A DNA stretch of 43,175 bases, from NCBI GenBank assembly GCA_965371725.1, contig CBDUZO010000027.1, forward strand, positions 1 through 43,175, read 5' to 3'. Numbering within the stretch: the first letter of the stretch is position 1; each line of letters starts with the position of its first letter. The notes below the pieces were generated by a model that was given only the letters and a program-made list of their open reading frames with translations, was not told the DNA's origin and did not search any database. Shown piece after piece: positions 36,162 through 43,175 of the stretch. The position numbers and the translations under genes were made by a program. The DNA is from an uncultured Phycisphaerales bacterium. GTDB taxonomy: Bacteria; Planctomycetota; Phycisphaerae; UBA1845.

Positions 36162-36233
36162 GCGCCTGTAGCTCAGTGGTGGAGCGCACCCCTGATAAGG
36201 GTGAGGCCGATGGTTCAATCCCATCCGGGCGCA
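36162..36233 (+). tRNA. tRNA-Ile(GAT)
   Basis: Acceptor GCGCCTG/CGGGCGC, anticodon stem CACCC/GGGTG with loop CTGATAA, T-loop GGTTCAATCC. Confidence 0.85.
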
Positions 36234-36295
36234 TGAGGCGACGGTGCGATTTGTATGAGGGTCTGCCTGAGGAAGCATTTGCCGGATGAGCAGGA

Positions 36296-36367
36296 AGTCG
36301 GATAGCTCAGTGGCAGAGCAGGCGTTTCATGAGCGCTGTGTCGGTGGTTCGATTCCACCTCCGACTA
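36296..36367 (+). tRNA. tRNA-Met(CAT), elongator type (or tRNA-Ile2 if C34 is lysidinylated)
   Basis: Paired 1-72 (A-T), acceptor AGTCGGA/TCCGACT, anticodon loop TTCATGA, T-loop GGTTCGATTCC. Confidence 0.75.
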
Positions 36368-36372
36368 TGAGC

Positions 36373-36444
36373 GGGGCGGAAGCTCAACGGATGAGCGGCG
36401 GCTTCCTAAGCCGACGGCTGCGGGTTCGAGTCCTGCGCGCCCCA
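36373..36444 (+). tRNA. tRNA-Arg(CCT)
   Basis: Anticodon loop TTCCTAA, T-loop GGTTCGAGTCC. The acceptor GGGGCGG/GCGCCCC has one mismatch at position 7-66. Confidence 0.7.
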
Positions 36445-36482
36445 GATGGAGTGCTCGACAGCTTGCCCCATATGCCCGGTAG

Positions 36483-36554
36483 TGGCAAGTAGCTCAATGG
36501 CGGAGCGCCTCACTGTTAATGAGGAGGCTGTGGGTTCGAGTCCCACCTTGCCAG
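36483..36554 (+). tRNA. tRNA-Asn(GTT)
   Basis: Acceptor TGGCAAG/CTTGCCA, anticodon stem CCTCA/TGAGG with loop CTGTTAA, T-loop GGTTCGAGTCC. Confidence 0.85.
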
Positions 36555-37014
36555 TCGGGGTGGTGCTCCTCACGGCGACCCGTAAAGCCGTTGTCGTAAA
36601 ACAAGTGGGGTGGTCGACGAGTGGTTCGATTCCTCCGCCGCCCAGTGAGAAGAGAGAGTGAATGAGATGGTCACGCAGCGACAAGATAGCATGGTTCGTG
36701 TCGAAGACGCAGTTGACCGCATGCATGCACGCTTGCGCCTGCTGTCAGTATTGGCGACCTGCGCATATGAGGCTCTAAGCTGGTGGTTTGGGGGCCTATG
36801 ATGTTGTTGAGTCTTCAGTATTGGATGGTGACAAGGGCTCCGCGGCCGGCATGCCGGAAGGCTAACGCCACGATTGTGGTTGGACTCCGGCGCGCCGGTT
36901 TCAGGGGTTATTAGATTGGGTTTGGCCGATGTGCCGGTATTGTGCCGGCGGCGCACTTTGCATCCAGTGGATTTCGCAACGTGTGTTCCGTGAACGGCAT
37001 CGGAAGCAATATCG

Positions 37015-37097
37015 GTTCTTGGATGCTCGAGGCACGAGCGCAGACTGAAGAAGTCTGTCACTTGATGGTGACGCAGGTTCGATTCCTGCCCAGACTA
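37015..37097 (+). pseudogene. tRNA-like pseudogene (class-II-like: D-arm, anticodon-like hairpin, hairpin variable arm, T-arm) lacking a pairing acceptor stem
   Basis: GCTCG-AGGCA-CGAGC D-arm-like hairpin, CAGAC-TGAAGAA-GTCTG, variable hairpin GTCAC-TTGATG-GTGAC, T-arm GCAGG-TTCGATT-CCTGC. The terminal segments do not pair. Confidence 0.25.
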
Positions 37098-37170
37098 CGA
37101 CGGATAGCTCAATGGGTAGAGCACGCGTCCAAGAAACGCGATGTCGCGGGTTCGAATCCCGCTCCGAACC
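37098..37170 (+). tRNA. tRNA-like gene with anticodon loop CCAAGAA (AAG) and a poorly paired acceptor stem, possibly a pseudogene
   Basis: Canonical D-arm TAGCTCAATGGGTAGAGC and T-arm GCGGG-TTCGAAT-CCCGC, with anticodon stem CGCGT/ACGCG. Only 4 of 7 acceptor pairs form (CGACGGA vs TCCGAAC). A perfect hairpin GGCAACT-GTGA-AGTTGCC follows. Confidence 0.35.
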
Positions 37171-37571
37171 GGCAACTGTGAAGTTGCCAACAACAAGCAG
37201 GTTGTGGGAGTGATTCAGCGCTTGGCCGGTCGATGAGGGCGCAGCTCCGGACCCAGCATGGATTCCGGAGCGAAGGCATGGGGTCAGAGACGTCATGCAC
37301 CCTCATCGACACCGCGCGCGTGGCTTTGCAGTCGAGTGGATACCGGCGAACCACATTGCCAACACCTTGATCGGTTGTATGCCGGCGGCATCAGCCGGAT
37401 AAGGTCGCGGCGATCACTGGTTCGTCTCAAGCTCGACTCCGCCGCAAACGCGGGGCTGATCGTGGGAATCACCCTTCAACTTGCGGATTCGAGGTTTCTC
37501 GCTCCGTGCGGGGCGATGGTGATAAATCGAGGTCAGATTCGAGACACATACAGAAAGGAGGTGACTCGAAC

Positions 37572-38705
37572 ATGTTGGGACTCACAAGGATTAAGTCTTA
37601 CGAGAGGGGTCTGCGGTTCCGCTACGGCGAATTCGTCAGCCTCCTGGGTCCGGGCAAGTACCGTCTCTGGAGCAGGCTGTGCAGCGCCACGCGCGATCGC
37701 ATTGACGTGGTGAACATGCTTTCGACCAGGTTCGAACACCCGATCCTGGACGTGCTGATCCAGAACCGGGCGTTGCGGGACGCGTTGACGATCGTCGAGC
37801 TTGCGGACAATGAACGTGCGCTGATCTGGAAGGATGGCCGACTGGCCTACATCCTTGGCCCGGGTCGTCACGCCTTCTGGAACGAGCCGTACAAGCTCGA
37901 CGTGGAGGTCTTCGACACGAACACGCTGCGCTTCGAGCACGCCAAGATGGAGGCCATCGTGTCCTTCCCGGGCAGCTCGAAGTGGTTGGTCGGCGTGGAC
38001 GTGGCTGAGTATGAAGACACGCTGTTGATCAAGGACGGCGAGATCGTCGAGAAGCTCGGCAAGGGCCGTCATGTGTTCTGGGCCAACGTCGGTCGTGTGA
38101 CCTGGAAGGTCATTGACCGCCGTGAGCAGGTCGCCGACGTCGCCGGTCAGGAGATCATGACCAACGACAAGGTGACGCTGCGCGTCAACCTGCTGGTGAC
38201 CTACCAGGTGGTTGACTCGATCAAGGCGGTCACCGTCGTCAACGACCATGCTCAGGCGTTGTACCGCGAGGCGCAGCTCGCACTGCGAGCCGCAGTCGGT
38301 ACGCGGCCGCTGGATGCGTTGCTGGCGGACAAGGAATCCGTCGGCGGCGAGGTCAAGAACGCACTCGCATCGCGTGCGAGCGAGTTCGGTGTGGCCGTGC
38401 GCAGCGTCGGCCTGAAGGACATCATCCTGCCGGGTGAGATGAAGGTGATTCTGAACCAGGTCATCGAGGCGGAGAAGCAGGCCGAGGCCAACCTGATCCG
38501 CCGTCGGGAAGAGACGGCCGCAGCGCGAAGCCAGGCCAACACGGCGAAGCTGCTCGCGGAGAACCCGACCCTGGCCCGGATGAAGGAGCTGGAGGTCCTT
38601 GCGGAGATTCTGAGCGGTACGCGGTCAACGTTCGTGTTCGGCAACGGCGACCTGTCCGACCAGATCCGCGGTCTGACAGCCGGCGCGTCTGACAAGGATG
38701 CGTGA
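37572..38705 (+). CDS. SPFH/band-7 (stomatin/prohibitin-like) domain protein with a triplicated N-terminal motif
   Basis: AAGGAGG SD upstream of ATG 37572. The C-terminal half matches the SPFH domain (EIMTNDKVTLRVNLLVTYQVVDSIKAV...GLKDIILPGEMKVILNQVIEAEKQAEANLIRRRE). The N-terminal half holds three ~70-aa repeats each ending in LGPG/LGKG-x-H/Y-x-FW. No TM helix is evident. Confidence 0.8.
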   Translation: MLGLTRIKSYERGLRFRYGEFVSLLGPGKYRLWSRLCSATRDRIDVVNMLSTRFEHPILDVLIQNRALRDALTIVELADNERALIWKDGRLAYILGPGRHAFWNEPYKLDVEVFDTNTLRFEHAKMEAIVSFPGSSKWLVGVDVAEYEDTLLIKDGEIVEKLGKGRHVFWANVGRVTWKVIDRREQVADVAGQEIMTNDKVTLRVNLLVTYQVVDSIKAVTVVNDHAQALYREAQLALRAAVGTRPLDALLADKESVGGEVKNALASRASEFGVAVRSVGLKDIILPGEMKVILNQVIEAEKQAEANLIRRREETAAARSQANTAKLLAENPTLARMKELEVLAEILSGTRSTFVFGNGDLSDQIRGLTAGASDKDA

Positions 38706-38730
38706 TCCTCGTTGTCAATCATGTTGATGT

Positions 38731-38763
38731 GGGGGTGCCCGCCCGCTCGGGTGGGCATCCCCC
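38731..38763 (+). terminator. GC-rich hairpin downstream of the SPFH gene
   Basis: GGGGGTGCCCGCCC-GCTC-GGGTGGGCATCCCCC, a ~14-bp stem with one wobble and one bulge. No U-tract follows. Confidence 0.3.
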
Positions 38764-39263
38764 TGGTGGGCGGAAGGTTGCTCATGTATCATGATGTATG
38801 CTCGGTAGGTCTGGACGCAGATGGATAGGACGTAGGGTCCCCGCTCGCGGACCCCGGACAGACGGGTGGGCGACGGCTTGCTGGAGTCCTGCCATGAAAA
38901 GGAGGCGACCTCGCGGCGAGAGGAACAGATTCCGTGAGGAACCTGGTGGGGGCGCTTGCTGTCGAGGTTCGAATCCACGCACGATGGCGGCAATGGCCTT
39001 AGCGAATGGGAAACATCCGTCAGAAGCGAGCTCTCAATGGTTTGAGAGATCGAGAGTTCCACGAACGGGGGTCTGCCAGTGGCGGCGACTCGAGAACTTG
39101 TGGATGGTGCGTGGCGCCTTGACCCGGGCTCGTCGCGTGAACGGTCGTATGAGATCACGTTTGGCGACAAGTCGAATTCTGTCGGACGCGGCGCCAGCTC
39201 GCTCACGTTTCCCCTCACGAAACCCTGTCTGTCATTCCGGCAACCCTGAAAGGTCTTTCGGCT

Positions 39264-41762
39264 ATGAAGTACTTCACTGAGAGGTGGCAATGCGGGGACA
39301 TGGGGGATTCCGAGTTCCTCGCCACCGAGCGGGCGTATCGCGAACGAGTCGACGCTATCACGTCGAGATTACCGACAGATTTCCTGCGACTGGACCAGGA
39401 GGTCTCGCTCCACGATGCTGTCTTCAGAGGTGCAGTGCTGAACACGACGAGCAAGCGGCTTGAACTTCACGTGCACTGTGTCGGCCTCGGTGGCTACCCT
39501 CCCGTCAACCTGGACTTGCGGTACGACAACGCGGGACTTGCCGATGATGATGTACGGATTCTCTCAGGTCTGATAGAGGATCCTGAAACCGAGCTCCAGT
39601 ATAACGAGCTCGACATGATTGATGAGTCAACATTTGAGCATCGGATCTGTTTCGAGCCGCGGTATCAGCAGCTTGCGATTCGCTTCGCCGGTTTCTCCCT
39701 TTGGAAACAAGAAATGCGCTTTGAAGCGCTGGCAAAGGAATCAGAGTCGTTGGGAGGCCGAGAGGCCGATGAAACCAGCTCCCTGCAGCTGACAGGCCCC
39801 GAGGACGTCCTTACTCGGATCGAGGCACTGAAAGGAGAGGATGTAGAAAGCCGAAGAAGGGCGGTTGTGGTGCTAGGATCACTCGGCGCTGAGGCGAGCG
39901 ATGCGATCCCGGACCTCATCTCGCTGCTGAAGAACGAGCGTGTGGGGCCGACCGCCGCCCACGCGCTCGCAAAAATCGGCACGGAAGCCAAAGAGGTCGT
40001 TCCTGCCTTGATCGAATCGCTCAGGGATTCGAGCTTCGTAGCACGCGACAATGCCATCCAAGCCTTGGCCGAGATCGGCTCCCAGTACATAGACATGCTC
40101 ACGGAAGCGTTGACGCACGCAGACAGATGGATCCGTGAAGGTAGCGCCCGCGCGCTGGGCAGAATCGGGCCGGCGACCACGGTAGCTGAAACTGCACTCG
40201 TCGATGCCCTAAAGGACGCAGACAGCCGCGTCCGCAGTCACGCTGCTTTGGCCATCGCTTGGATTGGCTCGGATCTATCAGCTATTCTACGAGCTTTGGC
40301 CGATGAGCATCCAGGTGTCCGCTGCGATGCTATCGAGGCGCTGTTCCGAATGGGACCAAGAGCTAAGAAGGCGGTCCCCGCACTCGTCCGAGCTCTAAGG
40401 GATGCAGAATCGAACGTTCGCGCGAAGGCTGCCCATGTGCTTCTGTGGGGTGCCGGTCTGGTAACAGCGACAAAGGAGGACGTTCCTTGTCTCATCGAAG
40501 CGTTGAGCGATATGGACTGGCACGTTCGGGCAGCCGCCATCAAGTGCCTGATGAGGGCGGAGTCGAAGACAAAGGAAGCGCTACCTGCTCTCATCGGAGC
40601 TCTGAACGACGAGAATCCGGACGTGCGCTGGCTCGCAGCAGGAGCCCTTGACAGACTCGGTCGCGACGCCAAGGAGGTTGTGCCTGCTCTCATTAGAGCA
40701 CTGGACGATGGAGTTTCATGGGTTCGTTGGCGCGCCGTCTGCTCCCTCGGCTCCATCGGTACAGGGGCCAAGCAGGCGGTCCCTCGTCTCATCACCGCAT
40801 TGAGGGACAACGACTCCACCGTCCGCCTAAACGCGAGTGAGGCCTTGAGTAGAATAGCGCCTGGTGCTGAGGAGACGGTGCCAGCTCTCGTAGAAGGATT
40901 GGTGGACGAGGACGGAGCAGTCCGTGCGGATGCGGCTCGTGCCCTTGGTGAGATCGGGGCAAGGGCCAAGGACACGGTGCCTCGCTTAATCGAGGCGCTG
41001 AACGACGGAGAAAAATGCGTTCGCCTGAATGCCATTTCTGCTCTTGGTGATATCGGCCCGCTGGCCAAGAAGGCCGTCCCTCTCCTCACCACAGGAATGA
41101 AAGCGCAGGACGCGGACACTCGCAGGTATACTGCCGCAACTCTCGGAGAGATTGGAGCAGCGGCTGAAGAGAGCGTCCCCACTCTGGTTGAGGCGTTGCA
41201 CGACGAGCACCCATACGTTCGGTGCTGCGCCGCCGAGGCACTTGGCGAGATCGGATCGGCAGCCAAGGACACTCTTCACGCGCTTGTCGAAGCATTGAAG
41301 GGTGCGAACTGGCACGTTCGGGCGTCTGCTGCCCTCGCGCTTGGGATGATCGGCGCAAAGGACACAGAGGTTGTCCGTGCTCTCATCGAAGCGCTGAAGG
41401 ACAAGGAGGACGCGCTCATTCGTGAGCACGCGGCATTGTCTCTCGGAAAGATCGGACGTCCGGCGAAGGAGGCCATCCGTCCGCTTGTCGATAGGGCACT
41501 CAGTGACACGGACGAGGACGTGCGTGCAACTGCGGCCGATGCCCTTAGGACAATTGCGCCCGAGGACAAAGGGGTTGTGCCCGCCCTAATCGAAGCACTG
41601 AAGGATAAGAGCCCAGAGGTCCGCTGCCACGCTATTGAGGCCCTTGGCGTCATTGGGCCGGCGGCAAAGCAATCAGCGCCCGTGCTCAGCCAAGCACTAA
41701 AAGACAAGGACAAGAATATCAGTTCGGCGGCCGCGGCGGCTCTGAAGACAATCCAAGGTTGA
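39264..41762 (+). CDS. Large HEAT-repeat (PBS-lyase-like) protein with an ~190-aa N-terminal domain of unknown function
   Basis: About 20 tandem ~31-aa HEAT-like repeats of the form V/A-R-x-x-A-x-x-A-L-G-x-I-G-x-x-A-K-x-A-V-P-x-L-I-x-A-L-x-D. No signal peptide. The start could be ATG 39264 or 39303. Confidence 0.7.
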   Translation: MKYFTERWQCGDMGDSEFLATERAYRERVDAITSRLPTDFLRLDQEVSLHDAVFRGAVLNTTSKRLELHVHCVGLGGYPPVNLDLRYDNAGLADDDVRILSGLIEDPETELQYNELDMIDESTFEHRICFEPRYQQLAIRFAGFSLWKQEMRFEALAKESESLGGREADETSSLQLTGPEDVLTRIEALKGEDVESRRRAVVVLGSLGAEASDAIPDLISLLKNERVGPTAAHALAKIGTEAKEVVPALIESLRDSSFVARDNAIQALAEIGSQYIDMLTEALTHADRWIREGSARALGRIGPATTVAETALVDALKDADSRVRSHAALAIAWIGSDLSAILRALADEHPGVRCDAIEALFRMGPRAKKAVPALVRALRDAESNVRAKAAHVLLWGAGLVTATKEDVPCLIEALSDMDWHVRAAAIKCLMRAESKTKEALPALIGALNDENPDVRWLAAGALDRLGRDAKEVVPALIRALDDGVSWVRWRAVCSLGSIGTGAKQAVPRLITALRDNDSTVRLNASEALSRIAPGAEETVPALVEGLVDEDGAVRADAARALGEIGARAKDTVPRLIEALNDGEKCVRLNAISALGDIGPLAKKAVPLLTTGMKAQDADTRRYTAATLGEIGAAAEESVPTLVEALHDEHPYVRCCAAEALGEIGSAAKDTLHALVEALKGANWHVRASAALALGMIGAKDTEVVRALIEALKDKEDALIREHAALSLGKIGRPAKEAIRPLVDRALSDTDEDVRATAADALRTIAPEDKGVVPALIEALKDKSPEVRCHAIEALGVIGPAAKQSAPVLSQALKDKDKNISSAAAAALKTIQG

Positions 41763-41866
41763 CTCACTAATTATGACACTGCCCTTCCTCCGCAACGGGC
41801 GCTCGGATAGAACGACGATAAACTCCTTCTGGCAGAGTCCGGTGCGGATGCCGCAGATCAGGCGGA

Positions 41867-42127
41867 ATGACAATGGACGGAAATTCGAGTACACGCTGGT
41901 CTGCGCGCCATATGATGTTCTGCCGCGCCGGCGCTCCTGAACCGCGTATCCTCGAGATAGGCCCGACCGTGAGCAATGCCAACCCCGACAACCTGAACAT
42001 GATCCCCTCGGTCGGCACACGGATCGTTACCAAGGTCACAACCACGCCACTCGGCGGCGGTCAGAAGTGCCCTGTAGGCATCGTAGGCGTGATCGTGTCC
42101 GCGCCGGCTGACAGCCAGCACGCGTAG
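41867..42127 (+). CDS. Small hypothetical protein (86 aa)
   Basis: ORF with plausible codon usage. It overlaps the 3' end of the convergent membrane-protein ORF by 67 nt, so one of the two is probably mis-delimited. Confidence 0.2.
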   Translation: MTMDGNSSTRWSARHMMFCRAGAPEPRILEIGPTVSNANPDNLNMIPSVGTRIVTKVTTTPLGGGQKCPVGIVGVIVSAPADSQHA

Positions 42128-42870
42128 CTCCTAACAGGATCCACAACGAGCCCGAACAGGATTCCCACGAGGACCGTGACACAAACAACCGGCCATATCA
42201 TTGGGACCGCGTGCGCCAACACTCTGAACACGTGGCTTGGGCGGACCTTGTAACGCCGCATGGTCTGTTGGAAGAGCATGAGCGCGGCAAGGATCAGAGC
42301 CCAGTAGATGAACATGGACGCCATGACAAGGCAGGTGTCCATGTTACCGATACTCGTGAGGAACAACATTGGGGCGTCGGCCAGCTGCAGCGCTCGACCA
42401 CCAACCTGAAAGCCCCACACGTAGTAGCTCACGACATCGAGAATCCCGCTCATGAACGTCATGGCGAGAAACGCGGCGATGACCATCGCGATGAGCGGTT
42501 TGGCTTGCGGTGGGTCGTGGAGATCGAATCTCCTCCACAGCTTGTCGGGCCAGACAGTAAGAAGCCACGTCCGCGCCAACGAGCGAACCGGCTTCGAGCG
42601 CCATCGATACTCAAAGACCTCCTTCTGACGGCGTCGGTAGTCCAGGAGCACCTCCGGCCACGTGAATCCTTCGCCACATTCGGGACAGCGCGTCTTGACC
42701 AAGCCGCAAAGATGGTAACCGCAGTGTAAGCACGTCAGTTCCTCCAGCGGTACAGCCTCAGCCCAGTCGAACTCCAGGCTGCAGGGACTGGTGAAGTTGG
42801 GGCATCGTGCGGGCCTCCTGAAACAGCCAAAACGGTATGTACCGTTTTGCGCTTGGTTCTCGGGCCGCAC
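42061..42870 (-). CDS. Zinc-ribbon plus multi-TM membrane protein (hypothetical)
   Basis: N-terminal CLHCGYHL...CPECGEGF zinc-ribbon, followed by four or more hydrophobic helices. Confidence 0.5.
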   Translation of the reverse strand: MRPENQAQNGTYRFGCFRRPARCPNFTSPCSLEFDWAEAVPLEELTCLHCGYHLCGLVKTRCPECGEGFTWPEVLLDYRRRQKEVFEYRWRSKPVRSLARTWLLTVWPDKLWRRFDLHDPPQAKPLIAMVIAAFLAMTFMSGILDVVSYYVWGFQVGGRALQLADAPMLFLTSIGNMDTCLVMASMFIYWALILAALMLFQQTMRRYKVRPSHVFRVLAHAVPMIWPVVCVTVLVGILFGLVVDPVRSYACWLSAGADTITPTMPTGHF

Positions 42871-42951
42871 TACCCCACACAGGTAGGTAGTCGCCCCTGA
42901 AAAAGCCTGATCGTTCTATAATCGCAGTGTTTTTCGTCGTTGTTGTGGCGT

Positions 42952-43148
42952 GGAAATTGCAGGGTTTCTGGCTGATTGGCACGGAAACCTTGCAATTTCG
43001 GAAGCGGCATGGAGGCCCTATGAAGCCAAAACCACAACCTCGCGATACGTTTGAACTGTTCCAGGCCCACTTCGATCAGATGCTCGATCCGGGGCACGAG
43101 TTGGTGATTCTGGCTAACAAAATGGTTCTCCTCCCAAAAAGTTACTGA
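42952..43148 (+). mobile_element. IS-like element start: 17-bp inverted-repeat hairpin plus N-terminal transposase-like ORF (MKPKPQPRDTFELFQAHFDQMLDPGHELVILANK...), truncated at the window edge
   Basis: GGAAATTGCAGGGTTTC and GAAACCTTGCAATTTCG form a near-perfect inverted repeat at 42952..43000. The ORF from ATG 43020 has the ...LF...FD..LD..HELV.LA motif typical of N-termini of IS5/IS1182-type (DUF772) transposases, then hits a stop at 43146 before the window ends. Confidence 0.3.
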
Positions 43149-43175
43149 CGTAACCCCTTGAAAGACAAGGACATC

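Noticed and set aside
35793-37296. Several 70-160-aa ORFs in the six-frame track inside the tRNA array (35793..36116, 36406..36726, 36570..37061, 36901..37296 and others)
   Set aside because: They overlap well-formed tRNA genes on both strands. Their translations are simply tRNA sequence read as protein.
38960-38980. GGTTCGAATCC T-loop-like motif in the spacer before the large HEAT-repeat gene
   Set aside because: No acceptor, D or anticodon arms can be built around it. It is an isolated motif.

Overview
This is a high-GC bacterial chromosomal window. Gene content and architecture suggest Planctomycetota or a similar lineage, but that is inference only.

Coordinates 1 to about 26 kb look like core chromosome. 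The genes are maf, aroB, folC, a TrkA-N protein convergent with a CaCA antiporter, a secreted HEAT-repeat protein, a polyprenyl-phosphate sugar transferase and a PilZ protein. A type IIB topoisomerase (topo VI) operon, top6B then top6A, lies divergently and directly upstream of dnaA. The origin-region genes follow: dnaA, dnaN, a DUF721 (DciA-like) gene and gyrB. After them come DUF1015, a QueC-like protein with a degenerate PP-loop, a GT39/83-like membrane glycosyltransferase, and tgt-yajC.

Coordinates ~26-43 kb look accessory. They hold a large secreted beta-helix/dockerin-like/Cys-rich-repeat protein and a DUF2201-type metallopeptidase+VWA protein whose 5' region carries a repeat copy. An AT-richer hypothetical gene follows. 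Next is a dense ~4.5 kb tRNA gene array: about 24 canonical-looking tRNAs on both strands plus several non-canonical or fragmentary tRNA-like sequences. Three paralogous class-I tRNAs in the array carry leucine anticodons. Beyond the array are an SPFH protein with a triplicated N-terminal motif, a second large HEAT-repeat protein, a zinc-ribbon membrane protein and an IS-like transposase start at the window edge.

A ~90-bp hairpin-containing repeat occurs three times in intergenic regions: upstream of dnaA, upstream of the QueC-like gene, and upstream of the DUF2201 gene. No CRISPR array or rRNA was seen.
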